Below are positions 1 to 9,378 of a DNA stretch of 64,000 nucleotides, piece by piece. The notes under the pieces were generated by a model. The model made no database searches. It was not told the origin of the DNA and saw nothing but the letters and a program-made list of their open reading frames with translations. The stretch is from an uncultured bacterium (GTDB lineage Bacteria > CAYUVA01). Both the position numbers and the translations under genes were made by a program. The stretch spans positions 1-64,000 of the forward strand of contig CAYUVA010000002.1 of NCBI GenBank assembly GCA_964448115.1. Reading direction: 5' to 3'. Numbering within the stretch: position 1 is the first letter of the stretch; each line of letters starts with the position of its first letter.

Positions 1-1
1 T

Positions 2-988
2 TCCTACTGGACAGGTTTATATTTTTTTCTACTGCCTGAAGAAAGATTTCGCTTGAACCGTGTTCATTTGTCTAAAAGGCCGTTGGCAAAACGCCTCGCT
101 ATTTGCCTAGGTAGAGGATGTAAATACGAGTGCCCTTCCTGCGGGGGAACGGCATCATGCCACAAGGAATATTTTAGCAGAGATAAAATTTTATATAGGA
201 TCCCTGAGAATGTAGCTAATGATGTGCAGAAGGCTCTCGATTTTGGTTTTGATACTATGGTCGCCTCCTTTGATCCCGAAGCGGATAGGCCGCAGCCTCT
301 TATACGGATCTTCGAGCACCTATCGAGCTTAGGCTTGAAGGTTCCCTGGATATTCGATTCATTCTACTTGCCTAGTGCGGAATTTCTTAAGGCTTACGCC
401 AAAGGCACCGCAAGCGGAAGCATTATATCATTATCCCCTCTGTCATTCGATCCCCAGTTACGGCGCCGGTTTGCACACAAGACCTATAGTAATCAGGAAT
501 TGCTCGATGTCATTGATCAAATACAGGATCATGGACTTAGAGTTGAAGTATTCCTTTCGCCCAATATCCATGATAGCAATGCAGAATTCAGGGAATCAGC
601 GCATGATTTCATTAACCAAATTAAGAACAAGGCAGGGCTTTATATTGTAACAGCCTCTATGGAGCTTGCTCCTGGCTCTATGATGCACAAAGATCCTGAT
701 AAGTATGGTATTTCTATAACCAGGCGAAGATTTTCAGACTTTGTTATGCAGCATAGTCCAGAGATGAAGGATACAACCGGCTTTAAACCGACTGAAAGCT
801 CTCGATATATTTATGCTATCGATGGAAGTTATATCTATCCACATCGAATCTATATAAGTTCCATTTTCTTTCGTACCCTGGCAAAGATGCCAGGATTTTG
901 GCTTCCCTTGTTGATAATTTACAAACTAATCTTTATTTTTATGAAGCTAAAACAGGCATTCCAGCGGTCTTACCATGAAAATGAATAA
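2..988 (+). CDS. Radical SAM protein (likely B12-binding class), 5'-truncated by the window
   Basis: GRGCKYECPSC = CxxxCxxC; the frame is open back to base 2. Confidence 0.8.
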   Translation, partial: SYWTGLYFFLLPEERFRLNRVHLSKRPLAKRLAICLGRGCKYECPSCGGTASCHKEYFSRDKILYRIPENVANDVQKALDFGFDTMVASFDPEADRPQPLIRIFEHLSSLGLKVPWIFDSFYLPSAEFLKAYAKGTASGSIISLSPLSFDPQLRRRFAHKTYSNQELLDVIDQIQDHGLRVEVFLSPNIHDSNAEFRESAHDFINQIKNKAGLYIVTASMELAPGSMMHKDPDKYGISITRRRFSDFVMQHSPEMKDTTGFKPTESSRYIYAIDGSYIYPHRIYISSIFFRTLAKMPGFWLPLLIIYKLIFIFMKLKQAFQRSYHENE

Positions 989-1071
989 ATAATCATGTCC
1001 ATCCTCGGCAGTATTTGGAACTCCTTTAGTTATTCCTGGATTGATTTATACTAATAACTAGCCATGAACTG

Positions 1072-2817
1072 ATGTTAAAGAAGCTACACATTCCACTTTT
1101 GATATTGATTACAACTCTGGGTGGCTATCTTCGTTTCAAGGGGCTGCTTTTCGATTATCCTTACTTCTTCCATCCCGACGAGAAGACGGTTGTATCATGT
1201 GTATATTGGTGGTTGCAGGGACACCCGCTCGCTTTTACCGCATACGGGGCGCTGTGTTATAAGATACCTGGAATCATGCTTTGGGGTGTATCTTGTTTGC
1301 TCTACATCAACATCACGGAGGTTTACATATTTTGTCGCCTTTTGGCAATGTTTATTAGCGCTCTTACTATACCTCTGGTCTATATTCTGGGCAAACAATT
1401 GGCTTCACAAAATGCAGGACTCATCGCTGCCTTCTTTATGGCTACCAGCGTAATAGCCATCCAGCAAGGGCATTTCTATGTGCCGGAGAATTTGCTTTCC
1501 TTTTTTGTGGTAGTCTTTTTTATTATAGCTCATTCGCAGTTCATCCAGGGTAGCCGATTCTATGCTTTCGTCATCGGCATCATGGTCGCCATAGCTGCCA
1601 GTGTAAAGATAATCGGGTTATTGTTGATCATACCTGGCATGGTTTACATTATAAGAAAAAGCAGGAATACAACCGCCACCAAAGGTAGTAAAGATTTAAA
1701 GAAATACATAGATCATTGTATCTCATTTGCCATACTTATCTCTTCTTATATATTGATCAACCTGGAGTCATTCCTCAAGCCTGAAACATTTCTTTACAAT
1801 GACAGCCTATTGATGAACCTGCTCATGGGCAGCGGGGTGGTTAAACCCCAGTGGAGCCTTCATTTTCTCGCGGCTGATAGCTTCCTTTATCCGTTTTATA
1901 ACCTGTATTATTGGGGACTTGGTTTACCATTTGAGATACTGGCTTTCTGTGGTCTTGCATGGGCGATCTCACGCTGGAGAAAGAGCGGAAATCTTGCCAT
2001 GCTCAGCTTCTTAATTCCATATTTGTATATCTTGTGTTCCAGTTATGCAAAGTTCATACGATACATACTCCCAAGCATCCCCTTGTTATGCGTTTTTACT
2101 GGTTGTTTTATTATTGATATGTATAAGATCTTCCGAAGTAAACAAGCCAAATTATATATCTCAATCGCACTACTTGTTGTGGCATCTTTAACTTTCATGT
2201 ATGCGATCGCCTACTCCTCTATGTATAATGTAGATACTCGCATCGAAGCCATGCAATGGATCTGCAACAACATCCCCGAAGGTTCTAAAATCCTTTTAGA
2301 GTCGGACTACTTACATTACTCACCATCCATCTTTCTATTTCACCAACTTCCCGCTGCCCGAAACGAATCGGATATTATCCGGCCCTGTAAATATTATGAT
2401 CTTGATTTCATCGACTTTGTGAGCCTTTACGAGGCTTCGGCATACTCCAAGCCTCAGGCAGATGGAGTCTTATATAAAGTATGTAGTGCAATTGGGATAC
2501 AATTATCGATGGAAAAAAATATACGAGCAATTGATGTCTCAGAAATCCTAACTGAGAAGCTAAATTCAGCAGAATATTATATATTGTCTGAAAGAAATTA
2601 TGGCATCTATCGCTTGCTTCCCGAGCAGTTTCCCATTATACAAAGATTCTATGAAAGGTTGTTCAGCGATGGATTTGATGGTCGATTCGAGTTGATAAAG
2701 ACTTTTTGGCACAAGCCTGGTTTACTCAACTTTACGATAGATGATGACCCTGCCGAGTTGACCTTTCGGATATTCGATCACCCTACTATATGGGTGTTTA
2801 AAAAAAAGAACCCTTGA
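1072..2817 (+). CDS. GT-C fold membrane glycosyltransferase (ArnT/PMT-like, GT39/GT83)
   Basis: HPDE motif after TM1, many TM helices, 'RYILP', C-terminal 'DHPTIWVF'. Confidence 0.8.
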   Translation: MLKKLHIPLLILITTLGGYLRFKGLLFDYPYFFHPDEKTVVSCVYWWLQGHPLAFTAYGALCYKIPGIMLWGVSCLLYINITEVYIFCRLLAMFISALTIPLVYILGKQLASQNAGLIAAFFMATSVIAIQQGHFYVPENLLSFFVVVFFIIAHSQFIQGSRFYAFVIGIMVAIAASVKIIGLLLIIPGMVYIIRKSRNTTATKGSKDLKKYIDHCISFAILISSYILINLESFLKPETFLYNDSLLMNLLMGSGVVKPQWSLHFLAADSFLYPFYNLYYWGLGLPFEILAFCGLAWAISRWRKSGNLAMLSFLIPYLYILCSSYAKFIRYILPSIPLLCVFTGCFIIDMYKIFRSKQAKLYISIALLVVASLTFMYAIAYSSMYNVDTRIEAMQWICNNIPEGSKILLESDYLHYSPSIFLFHQLPAARNESDIIRPCKYYDLDFIDFVSLYEASAYSKPQADGVLYKVCSAIGIQLSMEKNIRAIDVSEILTEKLNSAEYYILSERNYGIYRLLPEQFPIIQRFYERLFSDGFDGRFELIKTFWHKPGLLNFTIDDDPAELTFRIFDHPTIWVFKKKNP

Positions 2818-2828
2818 AGTAATTAGAA

Positions 2829-3899
2829 ATGATTGTAAATGAAAGAAACAAGGCTGGGGGTAAACATATCCTGGCAGTCGGCTTGTTATCTGGTGGTTTG
2901 GACAGCGCGTTGGCTGCAAAGATGATGGTGGATGAAGGCGTAACCGTCATTGGTCTCCATTTCAATACCGGCTTTTGCATTAGCGAGGTGCGGCAAACGG
3001 TCAGGCGATCAAAGCATAGAGATAAGAGCTATGAAAATATGGCTCTTAAAATAGGAGACGAGCTCGGTATCCCGATCGAGCTACTTGACATATCGCGCGA
3101 GTTCTACGACATGCTTCAGGCTCCCAAGCACGGATTCGGCGCTAATGTCAATCCTTGCATCGATTGTCGCATCCTCATGCTGAAAAAAGCAAAGCAGTAT
3201 CTTAATAGCAATACGAGTAACGGCTTCCTATTCACCGGCGAGGTGGTGGGTCAAAGACCCCTGTCGCAACACAAACAAACACTTCGACTTATCGAGAAGG
3301 AAGCCGCAGTGGAGGGCATCTTGTTAAGACCACTATCCGCCAAGCTGCTGAGACCGACCAGGGCGGAACTTGAGGGCTGGATACGGCGGGAGAATATGCT
3401 CGATATCAGCGGGAGAAGTCGCAAAAGACAGATGGAACTTTCAAAACTATGGGATTTAACCGGTTTTTTAAGTCCCGGAGGGGGGTGTTGTTTCTTGACC
3501 GACCCCGGGTTCGCAAGACGCTACAAGGATTTTCGAGCGCATAATCCTACGGCTAGGTTTGACCATGATGATCTGATGTTATTGGTTACTGGCAGGTATT
3601 TACGACTCGATGAGCAAACGAGGCTGATTATCGGGAGGGAGCAAGCGGAGAACAAGGTGCTGGAGAACTATCGGGACAGGTATTGGACCGTGGAAGCGGT
3701 CGAATACAAGGGACCGATTGCACTTATCATTGGAGCGCTTGATGATGACAAGGCAAAGATCATCGCTGGGATCATTGCGCGCTATTGCCAATACAAGGGA
3801 AGTGAGCCTATTGCAATCAACTTTAGCAGTGGTAAGTCAAACTTTGTTGTATATGCTGCACCACTTGAAGACAAAATTATACATAAATGGTTAATCTAA
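2829..3899 (+). CDS. ThiI/MnmA-like PP-loop tRNA sulfurtransferase with DUF814-like C-terminus
   Basis: SGGLDS PP-loop, NPCIDC, TGEVVGQRP, GGGCC motifs. Confidence 0.8.
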   Translation: MIVNERNKAGGKHILAVGLLSGGLDSALAAKMMVDEGVTVIGLHFNTGFCISEVRQTVRRSKHRDKSYENMALKIGDELGIPIELLDISREFYDMLQAPKHGFGANVNPCIDCRILMLKKAKQYLNSNTSNGFLFTGEVVGQRPLSQHKQTLRLIEKEAAVEGILLRPLSAKLLRPTRAELEGWIRRENMLDISGRSRKRQMELSKLWDLTGFLSPGGGCCFLTDPGFARRYKDFRAHNPTARFDHDDLMLLVTGRYLRLDEQTRLIIGREQAENKVLENYRDRYWTVEAVEYKGPIALIIGALDDDKAKIIAGIIARYCQYKGSEPIAINFSSGKSNFVVYAAPLEDKIIHKWLI

Positions 3900-3947
3900 T
3901 ATGTAGGGCAATTGCGATATATATCTGATAAAGGCAAGGTGGAAGAA

Positions 3948-4109
3948 ATGAACCAAGAATATGATGTAAACCTGAGAATAAACGATGAAAGAATACCGCT
4001 TAATCCCTATGTGAAATCGGTATTCATCAAGGTTTTATTAGCTCTGGTCAGCACGTTGAAGAAGATCCCTGAAGAGATCGCCAAGATCGAGATTACCATC
4101 AAAAGGTGA
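3948..4109 (+). CDS. Small protein resembling the C-terminal domain of MobB-like proteins
   Basis: 'LRINDERIPLNPYVKSVF...LVSTLK...IEITI' pattern; ATG at 3948. Confidence 0.5.
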   Translation: MNQEYDVNLRINDERIPLNPYVKSVFIKVLLALVSTLKKIPEEIAKIEITIKR

Positions 4110-4130
4110 TCCTCACCCAAAGACATAAAA

Positions 4131-4158
4131 AAGGAGTCTCACGCAAAGACGCTAAGAA
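4131..4158 (+). repeat. Dispersed intergenic repeat (CGCAAAGACGC family), copy A
   Basis: 26/28 identity to the reverse complement of 53568-53595. Confidence 0.8.
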
Positions 4159-4309
4159 GAGAAAACCCAAAAGACTCAAATAAAGAAACTGATAAGTACA
4201 GGGTCATTGTGCATCAGGGCGAAATCTGATATCGATAAGAATAAGAGACTAATAATAAAGGAAAGAGTAAGGGGTTGAACGATAAAGGAGATTACAAAGG
4301 AGACCTGAG

Positions 4310-5308
4310 ATGATAAATGTTGGGGTTATCGGCTGTGGATACTGGGGACCGAACCTGATTCGCAACTTCCATAATAACCAAGGCTCAAATGTGAGCCAGA
4401 TCTGCGATCTTCGAGATAGTCGTTTGAAATTTATTAACCAGCAGTACCCATTAGCCGAGTTGACCAAGGACTATCGAGACATAACCCGCAATCCGAGCAT
4501 CGATGCTGTTGCCATCGCTACACCGGTAACCACGCACTTCGCCATAGCCGAGGATGCGCTGCTCAACGGCAAGAGCGTTCTTCTTGAGAAGCCGATGACC
4601 TACACGGTCAAAGAGGCAGAGCGCCTTATCGAGCTTGCAGAGCAAAAGGGGCTGACCCTGATGATCGATCACACCTTTGTTTACACCGGCGCGGTGCAGA
4701 AGATCAAAGAAATCGTGGATAACGGCGAGCTTGGTGAGATCTATTACTTCGACTCGGTGCGCATAAACCTTGGACTCTTTCAGCATGATATAAATGTGGT
4801 CTGGGATCTAGCGCCGCATGATTTGTCTATAATGGATTACCTATTGCAAAAAGACTTCATCGACCTTGATATAATCGCAGTGAGCCACCTTTCGGATTCG
4901 TTTGAGAACACTGCCTACTTGACGCTTTTCTTCGAGAATAACACCATCGCACATATTCATGTTAATTGGCTGGCGCCGGTCAAGATCCGCAATACCATTA
5001 TCGGAGGCAGCAAGAAGATGATCGTCTATAATGACATGGAGACCAGCGAGAAGGTGAAGATCTTCGACAGGGGAGTCGATATACAACAAGACGAGACTAG
5101 CATATACAAGATGCTCGTTCAGTATAGAGTTGGCGATATGTACGCGCCCAAGCTGAGCCAGGTTGAGGCGCTGACTGTCGAGGTGGAGCATTTTCTCGAT
5201 TGCATGATAAATAAAACTAAGCCGATAACGGATGGTTATTCGGGGTTGCGAGTTGTCCGCGCCCTGGAGACCGCGCAAAAGAAACTCGATAAGAAAAAGA
5301 AGGGATAG
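4310..5308 (+). CDS. Gfo/Idh/MocA family oxidoreductase (nucleotide-sugar dehydrogenase-like)
   Basis: GCGYWGPN Rossmann motif, EKPM, WDLAPHD. Confidence 0.9.
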   Translation: MINVGVIGCGYWGPNLIRNFHNNQGSNVSQICDLRDSRLKFINQQYPLAELTKDYRDITRNPSIDAVAIATPVTTHFAIAEDALLNGKSVLLEKPMTYTVKEAERLIELAEQKGLTLMIDHTFVYTGAVQKIKEIVDNGELGEIYYFDSVRINLGLFQHDINVVWDLAPHDLSIMDYLLQKDFIDLDIIAVSHLSDSFENTAYLTLFFENNTIAHIHVNWLAPVKIRNTIIGGSKKMIVYNDMETSEKVKIFDRGVDIQQDETSIYKMLVQYRVGDMYAPKLSQVEALTVEVEHFLDCMINKTKPITDGYSGLRVVRALETAQKKLDKKKKG

Positions 5309-5330
5309 CTATATTTATTGAGGTACTAAA

Positions 5331-5423
5331 ATGAACTACTGGACAAGGTTGAGCATTGAATATGCCAATCAAAGATCATATCTTGATGATCTATTAAAAG
5401 CATATTCTATAATAATAGAATGA
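5331..5423 (+). pseudogene. N-terminal remnant of a type II restriction endonuclease (Tsp45I-like)
   Basis: GAGGT RBS, then MNYWTRLSIEYANQRSYLDDLL..., recalled as the Tsp45I-family N-terminus; stops after 30 codons directly before a DNA methyltransferase. Confidence 0.6.
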
Positions 5424-6463
5424 ATAATAATTTGTTAATAAAATCTGATAATATCAAAGCTCTAAGATGGCTCTTAGATGATAAAAATCTCAAAGGAAAA
5501 ATAGATCTTGTATATATAGATCCACCTTTTGCAACTAATAATAACTTTATTATTTCTGATAATAGAGCTTCAACAATAAGTAGTTCAAAATCAGGCATCA
5601 TCGCATACTCTGACAAAATAATCGGAAAAGATTTTATTTCTTTTCTAAAACAAATAATTATTTTACTAAAACAATTACTCTCAGATAAAGGCTCTATTTA
5701 TGTGCACACAGATTACAAAATAGGACATTATGTAAAAATAATGATGGATGAAATAATGGGAATTGAAAATTTTAGAAATGATATTACAAGAATAAAATGT
5801 AATCCTAAAAATTTTAAAAGAATCGGCTATTGAAATATAAAGGATCTCATACTTTTTTATACGAAAACAGGTAATCCTATCTGGAATGAACCTATAGAGG
5901 ATTACACGGAAAAGGATCTGGAAAAGTTGTTTCCCAAGGTCGATAAATTCGGCAGAAGATATACCACTGTACCCATTCACGCTCCAGGAGAGACGCAAAA
6001 TGGCGAATCTTCAAAACCCTTCAAATGCATGATGCCGCCAAAAGGAAGGCACTGGAGAACCGATGTGACAACACTGGAAAAATGGGACAAGCAAGGGCTG
6101 CTGGAGTGGTCTTCAACCGGAAATCCAAGAAAAAAGATATACGCAGATGAAAGAGTAGGCAAAAGGGTGCAAGATATCTGGGAGTTTAAGGACCCTCAAT
6201 ACCCCAAATACCCTACCGAGAAAAACCAGGCGCTTTTAGACCTCATTGTAAAGACATCATCTAACGAAGATAGCATCGTTCTTGATTGTTTCTGTGGGTC
6301 CGGGAGCACATTAGTATCTGCACATTTAAGCGGAAGAAGATGGATAGGGATCGATAATTCACCCCATGCAATAGAGATCGCAAGGAAAAAACTCGCCTCA
6401 ATTAAGCTGGATACTTTTAATCCAAAGATTGAGTACGAGTTTATCGAACAAATAGACTATTGA
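5420..6463 (+). pseudogene. Beta-class N6A/N4C DNA methyltransferase with an in-frame TGA at 5831-5833
   Basis: DPPF motif before the stop and DCFCGSGST after it; both ORFs are in the same frame, reading RIGY*NIKDLILFYTK. Confidence 0.85.
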
Positions 6464-6566
6464 ACCTTACATAGTGCCATTCCAGGCGAGGGAAGCCTGC
6501 CTTGCGCAAAGACGAAACTTTATGGCGGTTGAGTCGAGGAATCTCATTAAAATCAATACTTTATTA

Positions 6567-7526
6567 TTATTGTTCTTTATTTTCATTAACAAGCTCTTGT
6601 AATAAATAACCATACAGGTATCCCCGCGAGCAGGTAACCAGGCTTTCAGAGCCGATGGTATCCATCAGGCATCGAATGAGAATGAGTCCAGGTAACATAT
6701 AAGGCTCTCTACCTCGTGGAACCGGATAGCGGCGCAATATTTCATTGCAGGTAAGGGGAGAGATGGAATGTATCAATCTATCTATCTCTCTAATAGGGAC
6801 CTTTATGTTGTTGAACTGAGAGTCGATGTATAATGGCTGCTCTTTAAGCATCGCCACTGCCGTGGTTGCGGTTCCACCGACGATTATCAGCCCGGCTGAC
6901 ACCTTTTTAGATTCCCTGATGGGTTCTATTCCTCTCATTTTATCAAGTAGGTACGACTGCAATTCCAGCCTATGTACCTTTTTTGGAGGATCGGCAGGAA
7001 GAAACTCCTCCTTGAGCTTAACCACGCCGAGGTTGGTTGATAACCATTCTTGAGGTTCTGTAGAAGTGCCGAAGATCAGCTCTGTGCTGCCACCACCGAT
7101 ATCGGCAACCAGACAAGAACCTTCAAGGTCGAGCGAGTGCCGGGCAGCCTGGTATGAAAGAGTTGCCTCCTGCTCTGGCTCAATTACCTGTATGCAGATC
7201 TTCAGTTCCTTTCGAGCGAGATCCAGGAATTGCTGGCTATTTTTCGCCTCCCGCAGGGCACTTGTGCCCAGAAAGTATCTTCGGTTGACCTTGTATTTAT
7301 CGAGTTTTTGCACAAATTCATGCAGGGCGTCGAGGCTTTTTTGCATAGCTTGGGGTGTGATTTTCCTATCATGTGAGCAACCTTGGCTTAAGCCGGTTAT
7401 TATTAAAGCCTCATACGCAATACTTATATAACCACACTCATCTCGCCCTAGGATCATGAGGCGGAATGAATTAGAGCCTAGATCCACGCCCCCCACCAGG
7501 AGCTTATCATTATCAATGTGTTGCAT
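6567..7526 (-). CDS. ppx: Ppx/GppA family exopolyphosphatase
   Basis: DLGSNSFRL, TSALREAKN, DIGGGSTE motifs. Confidence 0.9.
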   Translation of the reverse strand: MQHIDNDKLLVGGVDLGSNSFRLMILGRDECGYISIAYEALIITGLSQGCSHDRKITPQAMQKSLDALHEFVQKLDKYKVNRRYFLGTSALREAKNSQQFLDLARKELKICIQVIEPEQEATLSYQAARHSLDLEGSCLVADIGGGSTELIFGTSTEPQEWLSTNLGVVKLKEEFLPADPPKKVHRLELQSYLLDKMRGIEPIRESKKVSAGLIIVGGTATTAVAMLKEQPLYIDSQFNNIKVPIREIDRLIHSISPLTCNEILRRYPVPRGREPYMLPGLILIRCLMDTIGSESLVTCSRGYLYGYLLQELVNENKEQ

Positions 7527-7530
7527 AAGC

Positions 7531-7560
7531 AAAAAAAACGGAGCTTAATAAAGCTCCGTC
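7531..7560 (-). terminator. Intrinsic terminator downstream of the lipoprotein gene
   Basis: 9-bp stem ACGGAGCTT/AAGCTCCGT, 4-nt loop, poly-U on the minus strand. Confidence 0.8.
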
Positions 7561-7597
7561 ATATTATCAGTGCATCTGCTATTAACCGTTAATCTAC

Positions 7598-8029
7598 TTA
7601 GTAAGTAGCATTGTAGTTGAAGTCTGCGGTCCAGGTTCCAGAGTTATTGCCCTGCAGATACCAATTCCCCTCCATATAGAGTGGACTTTCGCTTATAGTC
7701 CCTTCTATTCGCCAATAGCCAGCGAATACAGAGCGAGCGCGCAATTTGTTGCCATCAACAACTCCCTCAAATACGCCTGGATTGCGGGCAGTGTCCCTTA
7801 GATAGACGATGCAAGAGCCTTCCTCTTGCTCGGCATTGAGGATCATGTCTCTGTCTATTGGGGGAGAGAAGTGAAAGATCCATTGCCCGTTGATGGCGTT
7901 TATACAACTTGCCGGTTCATCCCAAGGGTCAGTTTCGTCTTCCTCGCAAGCGATGAAATATAAGCCCGAAAACAGGATCAGCACTAGGAACGGCACCATA
8001 TATAAAGGATATCCCTTCAGGTTTTTCAA
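7598..8029 (-). CDS. Hypothetical lipoprotein
   Basis: AAGGAGG SD before TTG at 8029; hydrophobic stretch ending FIA-C; beta-rich body. Confidence 0.65.
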   Translation of the reverse strand: MKNLKGYPLYMVPFLVLILFSGLYFIACEEDETDPWDEPASCINAINGQWIFHFSPPIDRDMILNAEQEEGSCIVYLRDTARNPGVFEGVVDGNKLRARSVFAGYWRIEGTISESPLYMEGNWYLQGNNSGTWTADFNYNATY

Positions 8030-8068
8030 TTTCCCCTCCTTGATATTTTTCATTTTCATGGCAAATAA

Positions 8069-8097
8069 ACGATAACAAGACAAACTGCCTATGTCAA
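8069..8097 (-). promoter_or_regulatory. Sigma70-type promoter of the lipoprotein gene
   Basis: TTGACA-17 nt-TATCGT with extended TG. Confidence 0.5.
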
Positions 8098-8135
8098 GGC
8101 TTAAAAACCTTGTCCATTCCCTCAAATCGAGAACC

Positions 8136-8903
8136 CTATTCTAGCTCTTCTTCCCCTTGTTCGTCAAGGTCATCCAAGTTCTTGGAGCTGTTGATGAATT
8201 CCGGATCAACATAAAGTATCCTGTGACAGTTCCAGCATTGGATGATCTGTTCCCCTTTAAGTAGTGCAGCCCAATCTTGCAGCCGTAATTCCAGGTGGCA
8301 TCCCATGCAGATTCCATCCACAGCCTTAGAGACCGCGATTCCATCCTGTCTTCTTGAGATCGTATTATAGATGTCGATGAGCGATCTATCCACCTGTTTT
8401 TCAAGCTCGGATCTTTGTTTTGCCAAGGTTTCAATCTTGCTTTGGATCTGTTGTTGTTCCTTTTGTTTCTCTGCGTTTAGATGTTCGAATTCTTTAATTG
8501 CCTGGGAGATCTGTTTCTCTTTTTCAGTCAATTCTAGTTTCTTTAACTCGTTGTGCTCCATGATAGCGATGATCTCGTCCTCTATGGATTTATTTTTTTC
8601 CTTTAGGAACTCGATCTCCTCGCGCAGTGCAAAGTACTCCTTGTTGGTCTTCACCTGGTACAGTTGCTGTTGGTATTTAATTACCTTCTGCTCATTGTCT
8701 TCCACCTGATGCTCTTTGTCTTTGCGATCTTTTTCCGCCTTGACAAGGTTTTCCTTTTCCTTTTGGAGACGGTCTTTGAGTCTTTGGATCTCTTGCTCTT
8801 TTTGGCTAACTACTTTGGGGATCTTATCTTTCTCTAGGTCAAGGGATTTGAGTTTTGTATCGATTTCTTGGAGGGTTATCAACTTTTTAAGTTGCTGGTT
8901 CAA
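8136..8903 (-). CDS. Coiled-coil C4-type zinc-ribbon protein (DUF164/CT398-like)
   Basis: Long coiled coil, KTNKEY, CMGCH...CWNCHRILY. Confidence 0.9.
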   Translation of the reverse strand: MNQQLKKLITLQEIDTKLKSLDLEKDKIPKVVSQKEQEIQRLKDRLQKEKENLVKAEKDRKDKEHQVEDNEQKVIKYQQQLYQVKTNKEYFALREEIEFLKEKNKSIEDEIIAIMEHNELKKLELTEKEKQISQAIKEFEHLNAEKQKEQQQIQSKIETLAKQRSELEKQVDRSLIDIYNTISRRQDGIAVSKAVDGICMGCHLELRLQDWAALLKGEQIIQCWNCHRILYVDPEFINSSKNLDDLDEQGEEELE

Positions 8904-8979
8904 TCTCTCCTTCTTGTTTTTATTACTTTCATATCTTCAAAGAAATCCCTTTTTGGAGTTCCATCTATTTGGTACCCCA

Positions 8980-9054
8980 TGGGCCTACCTGGGCTCGAAC
9001 CAGGCACCTTCCGGTTATGAGCCGGATGCTCTACCTACGATGAGCTATAGGCCC
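8980..9054 (-). tRNA. tRNA-Ile2 (CAT anticodon, lysidine-modified; Met not excluded)
   Basis: GGGCCTATAGCTCA...CCGG-CTCATAA-CCGG...GGTTCGAGCC...TAGGCCCA cloverleaf; no encoded CCA. Confidence 0.9.
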
Positions 9055-9089
9055 TTCCCGAGTGACTCGTTCGGGTACTGAACATTCTG

Positions 9090-9117
9090 ATTATATAATA
9101 GGATGAAATCATGTCAA
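9090..9117 (-). promoter_or_regulatory. Consensus sigma70 promoter of the tRNA
   Basis: TTGACA-16 nt-TATAAT, ~35 nt upstream of the tRNA. Confidence 0.75.
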
Positions 9118-9378
9118 GTAGGTTTACGAGCCTGAAATGGTGAAGATTAGATAAAATAACCTTATTCACCTTAAAAATGAGATCAATAATCGGATTAAAC
9201 TCAGCATCCAAATCTTCAGGTAGATTGCGGTTTTGATGTATGAAAACCTCGCAGGTTGTTGGATTTCTTGGTATAATCAAGGGGACGGAATAAACACCGG
9301 CAAGGTGATCTTATGATAAATACTTTCGAGACTGTTTACCTAACGATAGATAAGAATATTTCTTGATACTTTTCAAGG

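Noticed and set aside
5831-5833. TGA as Gly (code 25) or selenocysteine in the methyltransferase
   Set aside because: The same gene and many others end in TGA, the position is not a Cys site, and GGA>TGA is a simple nonsense change.
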